Shown: positions 25,185 through 38,360, counted from the stretch's first letter. The stretch is 64,000 bases of DNA from Chiloscyllium plagiosum (GCF_004010195.1 NC_057754.1:2075238-2139237); one strand, 5' to 3'. The notes: a model not told the origin generated them from the sequence alone. A program made the numbers and translations.

Positions 25185-25491
25185 CATTACATTACATTAC
25201 ATTACAGTGTGGATACAGGCCCTTCGGCCCAACAAGTCCACACCGACCCGCCGAAGCGCAACCCACCCATACCCCTACATTTACCCCTTACCTAACACTA
25301 CGGGCAATTTAGCATGGCCAATTCACCTTACCTGCACATCTTTGGACTGTGGGAGGAAACCGGAGCACCCAGAGGAAACCCACGCAGACACGGGGAGAAC
25401 GTGCAAACTCCACACGGTCAGTCGCCTGAGGCGGGAATTGAACCCGGGTCTCTGGCGCTGTGAGGCAGCAGTGCGAACCACTATGCCGCCC
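25185..25491 (-). mobile_element. HE1-type V-SINE, young
   Basis: CpG-rich; A/B-box head ggcggcatagtggttcgc..ggttcaattccc; (taatg)n tail. Confidence 0.92.
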
Positions 25492-25873
25492 AGTTTTTTT
25501 TATAGCTTCTTTCAGTCTATCCTATCCACATCCCTCATTATTTTGTACATCTCAGTTATACCTTCTCCAATCTCCTCTGCTCAGCGACAAACAACCCCAG
25601 ACTGTCCAATCTCTCCTCAGAACTGAAACTCTTCAGCCCAGACAATATCCCAGTGAATCTCTCCTGCAATATTCCCAGTGCGATCACTTCTGTCATTGCT
25701 GTCATTGCTGACCACGTAAGTAATATGTGAAAATGATCAGATTTATTCTGAACTGAAAGACACCAATGGAGTATCATATTGATCACTGTGATTGAACTAA
25801 TGTCTGCCTCTTACGATTATCTGAGCTATTATACTGAGCCACGGCAGCTGTAGGCTGCCACACTTGATTCCAT

Positions 25874-26484
25874 GATGTGGAAGTGCCGATGTTGGACTGG
25901 GGTGGACAAAGTTAAAAATCACACTACACTAGTCCAACAAATATCGGAAGGATATTTTGAAACTTGAAAGGGTTCAGAAAAGATTTGCAAGGATGTTGCC
26001 AGGATTGGAGGATTTGAGCCATAGGGAGAGGCTGAATAGGCTGGGGCTGTATTCCGTGGAGTGTCAGAGGCTGAGGGGTGACCTTATAGAGGTTTACAAA
26101 ATCATGAGGGGGCATGGATAGGGTAAATACACAAGGTCTTTTCTCTGGGGAGGGGGAGCCCAGAACTAGAGGGCATAGGTTTAGGATGAGAGGGAAAAGA
26201 TATAAAAGAGACCTAAGGGGCAACTTTTTCACACTTGGTGTGTGTGTGGAAAGGGCAGCCAGAGGAAGTAGTGGAGGCTGGTACAATTGCAACATTTAAA
26301 AGGTATCTAGATGGGTATATGAATAGGAAGAGTTTGAAGGGATATGGGCCGGTTGCTGGCAGGTGGGACTAGATTGGGTTGGGATATCTGGGTCAGCATG
26401 GACGGGTTGGATGTGCTGTACATCTCTATGACTCTAAGTTGAACTAACCCTGTTGGATTATAACCTGGTATGTAATTTTTAACT
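25874..26484. mobile_element. PLE pLTR hairpin remnant (family of 58065-58409) with a CR1 3' fragment (~25946-26437, +) in its centre
   Basis: Left arm gatgtggaagtgccgatgttggactggggtggacaaagttaaaaatc; right arm cctgttggattataacctgg..tttttaact. Confidence 0.75.
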
Positions 26485-27999
26485 ATATTCGACTCCTGCA
26501 CTGAGCTATTTCAGGTTCAACTGAGCTTTGTTACCCTGGGATTTCTTATCTTCTTCATGTAAAGCTTGAGGACACCATACAAGTGAACCATTGTGACTTG
26601 GATCTGATATGCTCTGATCAGATTGGAAAGAAGGGAATTGACTAGTAGTGGCTCCTCTGCATACAGCAGCGGATTACAGCTGAAGTGGTGCAAAGAGAGA
26701 TCCAAGAGAATTTGATTGACCTGTCACCAGGGAATCACGTCATTTTAATTGATGCTGAGTAAATTAAAGCAATCAGTAACAGTTACTTTTTAAAAATGAA
26801 TGAGAGATCTTAATGTATATATTTAGACAATGGAGAGTGACAGAGAAGAGAGGCAATGGTGCAAGTAATTGTTCATGTGCACAATGTAGCAGCATCAAAT
26901 CAGAGTAACAGTTCCAACCACTTGTCTCCACTGCAAGTCCATTACGTAAAGTAGTATGTAAAAATACAAAGCCATCATTAATATTGGCCATCCCTGTTTC
27001 CTTTGGGAAGGTGGTGAAGGGCTTCCTTTCAGAGTCACTGCCGTCAGTATGCAGTAAGTGTCGCCTCACTGCTGTTAGGAAGTTCCAGCATTTTGGCCTA
27101 GTGACCCATCAAACATCAAGCTCTCAGAATTGTCTTATGTTTTTTAAAAAATCGAAAGTCGGTATGAAAGGAATCCATCTGTAAACTGTTGGCGATTATA
27201 GCATTAACTTTTTTCTCATTTGCAACAAGCAGCTCCTTTTCATATTGTGCCAAAAACAGAAACATATTGAGTAAATAATGTTTAAATGATGTGGATTGTG
27301 ACTAGGTCAGAAGCAACATGCTGGGAAATAACCACATGGTTTCTCTCCTACCCTTTGTGAAACAGTGGTTTCACAGGTAAAATTCAGGAGTTTATCGACA
27401 GCATTCAACAAGTGGCTGAGTATGAACATGTCAGATAAGAAAGCACACTAAGAATGTTGACATTCAGAGTAATTCTCATTAACTTTTCCCATTTCACGTG
27501 TGTGTAGTTTAGCAGTTCAGTTTATTAATTTCTGTGGCAGTAATTTAACAGATTGGAATGGCAATCTTACTGAGAGGCACATTCCATGGGTGCCATTAGC
27601 CCTCCAGTATCACGCCTATGTGGTAATTTTTCATCTGGGAATTTGGATAATGGGCTCTGGGTTTATTGATTACGGTTGGTGAGGGCTGCAGGTCACATAT
27701 TAGATATTCAGGAAATTATGTATTCAGGCCTAAGCTGGGAAGCAAATTAAGCCTTTTTACCAATTCAATGTGTTTGCACAATGTGCTTATTGCAGCCTGA
27801 AGGCCTCCTTGATGTGATGTTACGTTTGAAATTGCCTTTTGATTATTTTGTGAATATAAAAGATGATTTCAAAGCCTAACACCATGATAATTCACCAGCA
27901 TGAATTTTTTTTTAAAAGGCACACAGCAGGGAATTGTTACTTAACAAACTGACTCTGGAGTGGCTAAAAAATATAATTTAGCACCACTCCTTTATGAAT

Positions 28000-28500
28000 T
28001 TAAGAAATAGGAGCAGCAGTTGACAGTCAGCCCCGGAAGCCTACTCCAGCACTCAGTAATATCATGGCTGATCTGCTACCGCTGCTCTACTTCACCAATT
28101 ATGCCTTGAATCCCTTAATTTCCAAATATCAATCTGAACCTGTCTTGAGTATTCAATGATTAGGCTTTAACAACCTACTTTGTATGGAAATCCTTTGAGT
28201 GACAAGATTTCTCTTCTTCCATATCCTAACTGACTAACCCTTTAACTTGAGGCTATGATTCCTAGATATAAACTCCCAGCATCTACCCTACCAAGCCTCT
28301 TAAGAATGTTTCATGTTTCAGTTAGGTCATGTCTCACTTAAAATAGTCCAAAAAAAAGCCTCTTTGGTTTCTCCTTATAAACCCTTTATCGCAGGAATTG
28401 GTCTAATATCCTACATTGCAAACCCTCTAAGGTAAATGTATCCTCTCGTAGGTAAGGTGACTAAAACTGTGTGTATGTCTGTACAGTGATTTACAATGCA
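28000..28500 (-). mobile_element. Old CR1 fragment
   Basis: aagaaataggagcag..atcatggctgatct tail signature. Confidence 0.6.
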
Positions 28501-30647
28501 GTATGATACAGACCATGTTTGTGGACATACAATTTCATGAGCAGTGTTCTGAGGACAAAAGACATGTTCCCACTTCAGGAAGAGATTCTTCATCAGTGTC
28601 CAAATCTGAGAAACACCAATATTAACCTGCCTTTCTCCCTTAGCTGCTGGTCACCAAGCATGAATTCCCAGAATTTTGTTTAATGTTTGAATCACCCTTC
28701 CTCACCTGAACCTCTTGGCATTCACTGAAGCAGACCTTCATGGGTTTCAGCAGCCCTTTGCTATTTCACCCACAAGGCCAATTTTCTTGTCAGACATTTT
28801 GACTGCGAGGGTCAGGACCTGGTCTTATTTGATGTACAAGCATTCACTTCATTGCAAGAAGGGCTGGATGCTGATCAGGATCAGGAGCACTGGTTCACTG
28901 TTTTAACCCTACCTATTCCAGGGTGCTGTGATTAATCATAACTATTGTGATGGCTCAGCATGTTTAGATGTCACTGAAGGAAGCAATGGTTGCAGCAGTA
29001 GATTGGAAGATCCAAGAACTGTTTACAGAGTGCCACTAATGTAGATGTCGGCATCCTAACATTTCCCGGTGTTGATGTGTGCAAAGTCCTTATTGTTGGG
29101 AATTGATCATACTGAAGTATTGTAAATAATTTCAAAGAAGTTGATTTGTCACTATATCTCTGTATCAGTACAGTTTAGCTGTGCCCACACTGAGAATGGG
29201 ATTTATGTATGAGAAGTAAGGTGCAACTTCCCTTGTAGATAGCTTATTGCTAATGGCAAGATCATTCATGGTTTAAGCAAATAGCAGGACAGGCTTGCGG
29301 GACTTAATGGCCTCCCCTTGTTCCAATGATGCTGAGCCACGCAGAGTGGAAAGATTCAACCTAGGTATAGGCAGGACAGTCATATATGACCTTTGTTGCC
29401 CGTGGATAAACAGATCAGAAAATCAGCAAGGACTCTGCTGATTTCCGTGCATCAAATGAGATGCTTGTTTGGGCTTGCAGAGAGAAATTCTTTGTGCAAT
29501 GGACATTTGGCTGTGTTTTGGTGAAATCCAGCCCATAGTTTTCTGAAGATAATTCTTAGTGTCATTGGATGCAAATGGCAGCTTTTTGTTTAATGAAATT
29601 CCGTATCCAGATTTTTGATAGTGACATTGACGTGAAAAAGGGGGCAGGGAGTGGGGAGCCATTGAAATGTGGCTCGTGCACAGAAGGTCAAGAAAAGCCG
29701 CCTGATGTCAATTTCTAATGTTAAACCTATCCTATACTGATATTATTGTGACGTGCATACCACACTTGTTCAGAAAGTGGAAGATGAAAACATTGCACTG
29801 GTGCCCTGACCCTGCCAGGTCCTGGTGGAAATGAGTGGAAGGTCAGGAGTATCTCTCAGTCAGAGTCTCCCAAGCGATTCCTTCCCTGTCAGCTCTCATC
29901 TATCCTGTGCCCAGTTCTACTCTCCAATGATCTAGGTTAAGTAGAAAAATCTCCTTTGAAGTGAACTGTCATCTCATTAATAAAAATAAATAGTAATTTC
30001 ACAAGAGCAGGGAGCTGAACTTAATTTCCTCATGCCCACCAGAATATTAAAATGATAATGCTGTTCATACTGGTATTACACAATTGCTCCTGGCTTGAAA
30101 ATTTTAGAAGGGAATTTGAAAGAATCAAATTATAACTGCTTTAATTCATTTTTCTGTGGTTCCTGCTTTCTCGCAAAATATTCAGCTGTGATCTTAGATG
30201 AACTGTTGTCTGTTGACTATAGTGAAGATGTCAAGTGGGAGAAAAGTCATTTGAATCAGTTGGATAAACATTAGGCTAGTTTTATTATTTGATCATGATC
30301 TAACGGTACAGGCAGGGCTGTAAATGTGTGTGCGTCTGAGTATCTGTTAGATGAGATATGTTTCAAGGAACCCATAGACCCTCTCACCTTCCAATAAAAG
30401 TAACACAAACCTGCCCATAGTGTTTCACTGTGCCTTTAGTTGTCAAGACCTGAAGCTTTGGATTGCCCACCTTACATCTCTTCTCCTCTTTTCTCCTTTA
30501 AGAGGCTCCTTAAAACCTATCTCTTTGACCCTACTTTCAGTTACCTGGTCTAATATCTGTTGACATGACTCATTGTCACATTTCATTTCATAACAACCAA
30601 GTGGAGAGCCCTGGTACATTTCAGTACGTTAAAAGCACAATGTAAAG

Positions 30648-30970
30648 ACAAACAAAAATAGAAATTGTTGGAAAAACTTGCAGGTCAGGCAGCATCTATG
30701 AAGAAAAATTAGAGTTAATGTTTCAGGTCCAGTGACCTTATCTCAGAACTGATGGTAGCTCGGAAAATGTCAGTTTATAATGCAGAAGATTGAGGTGGGG
30801 AGGAGGTAAGGAATGAACACTAGGTAGGGATAGAGCCCAAAGACAGAGAAGAGCAGTTGGACGAATAAAGGAATGGATAATGATCTGTCTCGGAGGGTGA
30901 ATAGCTGTTAGTAAAGACTATCTGTTGTTAGTCACTAATACTGTGTAATGGCAGACTATGAGATAACAAG
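30648..30970 (-). mobile_element. PLE (Neptune-type) 3' region
   Basis: gcaggtcaggcagcatc pLTR motif shared with the 8251, 38133 and 50022 copies. Confidence 0.6.
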
Positions 30971-31223
30971 GCAGCACAGTGGCTCAGTGTTTAGTACTGC
31001 TGCCTCACAGCGCCAGAGGCCTGGGTTCAATTCTAGCCTCGGGCGACTGTGTGGAGTTTGAACATTGTCCCCATGCCTGCATGGATTTCCTCTGGGTGCT
31101 CCGGTTTCCTCCCACATTACAAAAGATGTGCAGGTTAGGTGAATTGGCCATGCAAAATTGCCCATAGTGTTAGGTGCATTAGTCAGGGGGAAATGCAGGG
31201 AAATTAGTCTGAGTGGGTTACTC
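30971..31223 (+). mobile_element. HE1-type V-SINE
   Basis: ggcagcacagtggctcagtg head, ggttcaattc B box, V core. Confidence 0.9.
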
Positions 31224-31886
31224 AGTGTTTGTTACAGTCCTTGCACAGTATTTTGTAAATGACGTTTGTTTTGCTCATTGTCTGTATAGGGTCTTTCAAG
31301 TTCATTAGCTGCTGTTTTAGTGTGTTGGGTTTGTGGGCTACCATGATGCCAATGGGTCTGAGTAGTCTGGCAGTCATTTCTGAAAACGTCATTTAGAAAA
31401 TACCTTGCAAGAACTGTAACAAACACTGCATTGGACAAGCAGGCAGAAAACTAGTCACCAGGATACATGAGCATCAACTAGCCACAAAAAGACATTGACC
31501 CTCTCTCACTAGTATCCTCACATACGGATGAGGACAGACACCACTTCGACTGGGACAATACCTCCATCCTAGGACAAGCCAATCAAAGACACGCACGAGA
31601 ATTCCTAGAAGCATGGCATTCCAACCAGAACTCTATCAGCAAACACAGTCTATCAGTTAGACTCCATCTACCACCCCCTGAGAAAAGGAACAGGAAGTGC
31701 CTTCACCACAGCAAATAACATCACCACAGAAAATGAGATCACCAACCCAAAGAAACCCAAACATATAAATAGAAAGCAGGAATTTTCAGCATTGCTTCGC
31801 ATGAGGTCCACTGAAGATGTTACCTAGTAAGCTAATGAAATGTCTGGAAATGAACTTTTCAGCTCAGTGAGCAAATCTACATCCAA
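31224..31886. mobile_element. Penelope-like element with 5' inversion
   Basis: Minus 31224-31385: SEMTARLLRPIGIMVAHKP..NVIYKILCKDCNKH; plus 31385 onward: NVI*KIPCKNCNKHCIGQAGRKLVTRIHEHQ..REFLEAWH; decayed hammerhead ctgaaga..gaaatgtc at 31811-31844. Confidence 0.88.
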
Positions 31887-31917
31887 ATTTCTTCCCTAAA
31901 GGACATTTTGAATTGGG

Positions 31918-32100
31918 TGATTGATTTGAATTATTATTGTCGCATGCAACAATGTATAGTGAAAAGTTCTGTTTTGCATACTGTAAAGGCAGATCATAAC
32001 ATACAAAGATCAGAGGATGATTGAACAAAAAGGAATACAAAGTTACAGCTGCAGAGAAGGTGCACAAAAGGAAGGTCAACATTAGATTTGAAATTTGAGA
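31918..32100 (-). mobile_element. Rex1 3' UTR fragment
   Basis: Similar to 9590-9783. Confidence 0.7.
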
Positions 32101-32412
32101 CGGAGTGTGGTGCTGGAAAAGCACAACAGGTCAGGCAGCATCCGGGGAGCAGGAGAATCGATATTTCAGGCATAAGCCCTTCATCAGGAATGAGGCTATG
32201 GACCATGGGGGCTGTGTGATAAATCTGACAGAAATGTACCTGTACTTCCACGCACTTCATCTACTGAACCTGTTACACCCGATGTGGTCTCCTGTTCATT
32301 GGGAAGACAGGACGCCAATGTTGAACCCCCCCCCCCCCCGACAACCCATCCTGGCTTTTCCAGCACTGCACTCTCAACTGATTTCCAGCATCTGCAGTCC
32401 TCACTTTCTCCC
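32101..32412. mobile_element. Neptune-type PLE hairpin enclosing a GIY-YIG fragment
   Basis: Inverted pLTR arms; 32234-32316 translates CTCTSTHFIY*TCYTRCGLLFIGKTGR. Confidence 0.8.
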
Positions 32413-33555
32413 AATAGTTTCTATGATCACCATTACTGAGTCAAGCTTGATATTCCAGTTTTTTTCTGAAGTAAATTAATTTGGATTTAAATTCCACCAG
32501 CTGCTGAGGTTAGCCTGGGTCACATTGATATTACCACTAATTGCACCTTGAAGTGAGGCCGTAGCCGCATTTTGCAGGGGATAAATGGGAAGGAAATGGA
32601 AAGCAGTCTATAAATGACCACTACTGCTCTGCCATGACCCCAGATACAATGCCTGCTGTTTACAACTCTCCTTGTTAATAGTGAAACCATATGAATCATC
32701 TCATCACAACACAGCCTGATCTATAATGCATTTTCTGTCCATACCCTGGAAACAGAGGGATGGTGGTTGCAAAGCAAAGAGTTCTGCTTTACTCAGTTGA
32801 TGATCAACAACACACAATGAAAGCTCTATTTGTTACACAAAACTGGTCTGTCTTTGGAATCAGAATATGTTAAATGCGAGTAAACATCTGAAAGGGATGA
32901 TACTGTTTTGCAAGGCAAAAATTCCAAAGGGTCATATGAGGGGAAGCTGAGCATAATCGTTGATTCAGCTGGCTTGCTTTGCATTTGTTCTCCAAGGAGG
33001 AGTCTTCTTCAAGGACTAACACGATAGTTTAGGAAGCATCAGGAGACCTCGAGCACAGCCATTACTTGCACACTGAGGTTGCTTATTTTGATTCTGTGCT
33101 ATGGAGTGACAAATTCCCCCTCTTTTCCTGATCTTCCTCTCCACAGATCTTTGCCTGGTTTTGGAGGATTGGAGGTAAGGGAATGACCTGTGAACACAAC
33201 ATCTAAGTGGGGAGAGGCATCACTTTTCCCTGGCACCATTCACAGTAGCAGGTGAGAGATGAGCCTTGTCAGAAGCCCAGGAGCAGTTGAGAAAATTGCA
33301 TTGCACAGTAGGATGGAATTATTTCTTTGCCAGGATTGCAGTGTGGGCAAAACGAGTGACCCCAGAGTGGAGTGAGAAAAGAGAAATCGATCTGGGCCTG
33401 TTTGATCAGTCACTTGCTGTGAAGTGTACATGTGGGTGAGTTTAGCATCAGGCTTTTGCCATCCTTCTGTTTGTCTGAAATGTTTCCATTTTGAATAGTG
33501 TGAACCATTCTAGACAACTTATCACAGGGAAATATGACAGCCATAGAGGGTGCAC

Positions 33556-33670
33556 CTGATCACAACCACCTGATGAAGGCGCAACGCTCCAAAAGCTAGG
33601 GCTTCCAATTAAACCTGTTGAACTTTTTAACTTTGTACAACCCCATTCCAATACCGGCATCTCCATATCA
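33556..33670 (+). mobile_element. PLE pLTR fragment with decayed hammerhead
   Basis: CTGATGA at 33570-33576, aggcgcaacgctcc stem, aaaagcta in place of gaaagcta. Confidence 0.7.
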
Positions 33671-33699
33671 GAGGAAACAAGTTTTAAAAACAATGTAAG

Positions 33700-33960
33700 T
33701 CTTGCATTTAAGATATAGAGATAAGGAGGAAATTTTCTGTCAGGGTTGTGGCTCTGTGAAATTCTCTTCCTCAGAGAGTAGTGGTCATGGAATATTTAGT
33801 GGCTGAGTTAGAGAGACATTTCATTGAAGGAAACCAAAGGTTATTGGGGTGCAGGCAGGTAAGTGAGTTAAGACCACAATCAGATTAGCAATGATCTTAT
33901 GAAATGGCAGGACAGGCTGGAACAGCAGAATGACCTACATATCCTCTTATTTCTAACGAT
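33700..33960 (+). mobile_element. Old CR1 3' fragment
   Basis: catttaaga..aggagaaatttt..cagattagcaatgatcttatgaaatggc tail. Confidence 0.6.
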
Positions 33961-34834
33961 CTTACAGAAGGGAACTGAGTTTTAGTTGAGTATGTCTAAT
34001 GATCACAGTAAAGTCTGAGAGATCAGCTGACTTCAGGATTCATGGAGGAATTTCCCAGAGTTTTCCTGTAATTGGTTACAAGCTTTACATTCTTTTGTCT
34101 CACAGGAAGACCAGCATCGTGATTGCTTGTTGTGGGCAGTGCAGAAAGCTGTAAAGTCAAGCAGATAAAGTGAGCAGTAATGGGACTGGTGGTATTTTCT
34201 TACCATGCAAAAGTGGAACATCCTGTTGACACTCTGTGAGCCCACAGTGACAAATGGGAACTTGTACACATTAGAGGAGAGCTGACAGCAATGCTGGAAT
34301 CACAACCCAGCATGAGGAGAGAAAGGTGATAAGTACAAGCATGAATTTAACACCCTGCCAAACAAAAGCTACTTTGTGGATACAAACATTAAAAAGGTTC
34401 TTGTACCCAGTCTTTGAAATTGCTTCCTGTTGTGTTCTGCACTAAAATACGATGTGCAATATGCCAGTTTGAGAAGAAATATTCTGATAAGAAGAAAAGA
34501 ACCGAAATATTTACTTAGCTATGCTACTTAACTATGCGATTTGCCTGTATTGCTAGCAAGACAAAGCTTTTCACTATGCCTCAGTACATGTGACAATAAA
34601 TTTAATTCAATTCAATTCAAATAAACCACCAGGATTCATATATCCTGGATATCAAGGTAATGTTTTTACAATCTGTGATATTCAGATTGAGAGCAAAATC
34701 GTCCCTCCTCTTTTTCAGTTTGAGAATGATGGGAATGTTTTGTACACTTCTTATGAAGTTGTCTTTGTGATTGATGTTCTGGTTATCCTTCTTTATCTCT
34801 CTCTCTTTCTTACTCTGTCCCCCTCTGTTCAGTC

Positions 34835-35560
34835 ATGTCACTGTGGGTCAGAATGTTATGGGTTCAAGTCCCACTTCAGAAACTCAAACACACAATCTGA
34901 ATTGACACTTCAGTTCAGGTATTTTCCTAATCAACCTATTCAGAGATGTTAAAACACCCCTGTGGAGCAGGTGACACTTGAACTCTGGTTTCCTGTACCA
35001 GAGATAGGGGCATTATCACTACACTACAAGAACCCTATGCTAAAAAGCAACACATGTCACCCTAGGAACTGCTCTTTGGTATATTTTTACTAAATCCACC
35101 TGATCAGAGATGTTATTGCACATCTCTGGAGCAGGTGGGACTTGAACCTAGGTCTCCTGTTCCAGAGGTCTGGGCACTACCACTGCACCGCAAGAACCTC
35201 TCAGTTCTGAGGTATTACTGTACTGTTGAAGAGGTACTACTCACGGAAGACTGTTGCATTGTTACAGAGGCAGTACTGGGTTAGCAATGCAATAACAGGT
35301 GCTATCTGGGAGATGCACCTTTAACCAAAACCCTGTTCTCTCTAATGAGGGTAAAAGCTTGAAGAAAGAGCAAGCTTTCTGGCTAATAAATTTACCCTTC
35401 AACCAAAATCAACAAGGTTATCAGGTCATTATCACATTGCTCTTTGTGGGAACATACTGTGTGTAAATTGGCTGTCACAATCCTGACATTACAAAACAAG
35501 TACATCATTGACTGTAAATTGCTTTGGATCATCAAAGGCCTTCCTTTGATGATCCAATAA
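34835..35560 (+). mobile_element. Deu-domain SINE interrupted by two minus-strand tRNA-like SINE heads (34940-35035, 35105-35200)
   Basis: gggttcaagtcccact head and gtaaattggctgtc core; duplicated cagagatgtta..ggagcaggtg..cttgaac..aagaacc. Confidence 0.6.
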
Positions 35561-36089
35561 GATTTTCTTTTTGTGCTGCCATGTCTGATTTACCTGGTAG
35601 CAGGTGGACAAGTGGGTCCATTAGGTTTGTGTAAAAAATATTAAAGTTGCCACAATCCCAGAGGATTCTCATTAGATAGAGAGAGAGAGAGAGAGATGAC
35701 TGGCTGTGAGTTAACCTGAAGATTAGCAACCCTCAGGTGAGGGGGCAAGGTTGAGAAGGAGGACCTTCATGCTAATCTCAGATGTTGAGGAAACCGAATC
35801 CTTGCTATTGTAGTCACTCTGCATCTCAAACCAGCCATTCCCAGCAGGGGGGTGGGGTTAATTAGCTCAGTTGGCTGGTTTGTTATGCTCAATGATGCCA
35901 ACAGGAAGGATTCAATTTCTCTGCCAGCTGAGGTTACCATGAAGTTACTGCCTTTCAACCTCACCTCTGGCCCTCCTCATGGTGACCCTCAAGCTAAATT
36001 CACCACCTGTCGTCATCATTGTCTCTCTGTCTCCTCTCTCTCTCATTCATTCTGTCTCTCTCACTCAGAGAGAGAGGAAGAGAGAAAGA

Positions 36090-36310
36090 CTGTGTACATT
36101 GGGAGTGAATACGAAGGGGTTTAGGTCCTTTGGGATAGTGTGCATAGGGAATGAATGGGAAAGGCTTTGGGTCCTTTTGGATTGTGTACATTGGGAGGGA
36201 ATGGGAAGGGCTTTGGGTCCATTGGAATTATGAAAAGTTGGAGTGAATAGGAAGGGACTGAGTACAGTGGGATTGAACAGAGAAGGACTCGGTCGTTTGG
36301 GATTGAACAG
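36090..36310 (+). repeat. Degenerate ~45 bp tandem repeat
   Basis: tgtgtacattgggagtgaat..gaaggg..tttgggtcc repeated three to four times. Confidence 0.65.
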
Positions 36311-37569
36311 TTGGTGCAGAAAGTCTTTGTATGGAATCTGCTGCACTGCCTGTATTGAGTTTATTCCAACAATGCTATTGCAAGTTTTCACACGATGCTA
36401 AATTTATAGAAATTACTTCTGAAACTTGAATAAAAATCATTCATGTGATTGAAAGGAACAATTCATTTCATGAAGAGCAGAAGCCGTAACTCTGCATTAT
36501 TCAAAATGAAGCTTGGCTGTCACAACTCTATTTCCTACCGATTTAATAAAGCTTTTCAAGGAATAATAAACACACATACAAAAAAATGAATTTTGCAATT
36601 GCTAGAGTATCTCTTATTAATGTTTTAACATTTTCAACAGGATGAATAAAAATTCACAAGTCTTTTAGCGGGGAGGAATTGTTACCCTGAGGCTATGTTC
36701 CTAGGCACAACAGTGCAAGGCTTCATGCAACTAATAAAAGAAAGATTCTGGATGTAACTGTGTGTACGGATCGTTGCTATCCCGTTAATGTGATAGTGAC
36801 ATGCCACAGTCTGTGACTGGAATGAGCCATTGGAATTCGAGAATGCAAATCTCTTGATTGCCTTTTTCTCAAGTCTTTATGATTTATGAGGCTGTTGCAT
36901 CATCTCCTGGAGAGGAGTCAGGTTTGATTTCATGAGACAAGGAGCCTCAGGTGGGGGAACGTACATCTATTAAAACCTTCAATTCCAGTTGAGAATGATA
37001 GCAGGACAGTGTAATAAATATTAATGACCCATCATATGGAAATTAGACAAATACATTGGCTAGTCTGTCAGTGGATGCAGGATGGGTTTGAACCCAATAC
37101 TGAGATCACTTGTGCTTTTAACAATATTGATGAGCTTAAACACGGACAGGTACATGGTCTACATTTGGAGATTTGTGCCTTTATTTTTTTTCCTCTCTAT
37201 TTTCCTCTGCTGTAGAAGGATGTGAAGGTATTCAAGAGGGTGCAGAGAAGACTTGCAGGATGCTTTCAGAGATATCAGATTTCACTTACATGACTAGATT
37301 GGAAAAGCTGATGTAAGGCAAGTTCATTCAAGGCTTTTGAAAATGTACTTGATAATTACTTGAAGAGAAAATGTTAATCAGGTCGAAAGGGAATAGGTGA
37401 GGGAGTGGGATTAGGTGAGTTCACCTCACAGACAGCTGACACGCACACAGCAAATTGAATAATCTCTTTCTGTGTTGGAATCATTTGATCGTCTATGAAT
37501 CTCTTAAGGTGATCATAGCAAGCATCTCCCAGGTGTGTCCAACACCTTGCAGTGTCAGCCATATCTCAG

Positions 37570-38000
37570 GAGGTAACATTCTCATCTCTGAGTCAGAAGA
37601 TAGTTGGTTCAGTCTCACTCCAGGGCTTGAGCAGAAAATTCTAGGCTGCAGTGATGAGAGAGTGTTGCTCTGTTGGGTCTACTGACTTTCAGATGTGCTG
37701 TTAAACCAATGCCCCATCTGTCTGTCAGGTGGCCATTCAGCATCTCATGACAGTATTTTGATGAAGAGGAAATGAGTTCTGCCCAGTGTCCTGATTGATA
37801 TTCCTGTCTCAGACAGCAAGCCAGACTATCTGGTCATTGTCAACTTGCAGTTTGTGGGAGCTTGCTATGAATAAAATGGCTGCTGTGTTTCCTACATTAG
37901 AACAACAGTCACTTCATTTCAAAAGTACTGCGTTGGCTGCAATGTAATTTAGGACAAACAGTGAGTGTGAAAGGTGCTATAGAAATGCAAATCTTTCTTC
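37570..38000 (+). mobile_element. Deu-domain SINE, near full length
   Basis: tgagtcagaag head, tttgtgggagcttgct..tggctgctgtgtttcctacatt core, gaaaggtgctatagaaatgcaa tail. Confidence 0.75.
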
Positions 38001-38132
38001 CACCTGTCATTAAAATCAAAACACTAGGTCTGTGATTTTGTGGGAGAGACTTGTCACACTTTCTGAAAATTGAAACCATGTTAGCATCTTTCCAGTCTGA
38101 AATCAGCTAACACAGCACAAATGTAGAGTATG

Positions 38133-38360
38133 AGCTGGAAATGTGTTGCTGGAAAAGCGCAGCAGGTCAGGCAGCATCCAGGGAACAGGAGAATCGACGT
38201 TTCGGGCATAAGCCCTTCTTCAGGAATAAGCCCTTCCTGAAGGAGGGCTTATGCCCGAAACGTCGATTCTCCTGTTCCCTGGATGCTGCCTGACCTGCTG
38301 CGCTTTTCCAGCAACACATTTCCAGCTCTGATCTCCAGCATTTGCAGACCTCACTTTCTC
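38133..38360. mobile_element. Palindromic PLE element with two back-to-back hammerhead motifs
   Basis: Near-perfect ~94 bp arms; TSD cacaaatgtagagtatg at 38116-38132 and 38361-38377. Confidence 0.92.
38192..38226 (-). ncRNA. Minimal type I hammerhead ribozyme motif
   Basis: TTC CTGAAGA A GGGC TTAT GCCC GAAAC GTC GA: intact CUGANGA, stem II, GAAA and GUC site. Confidence 0.8.
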
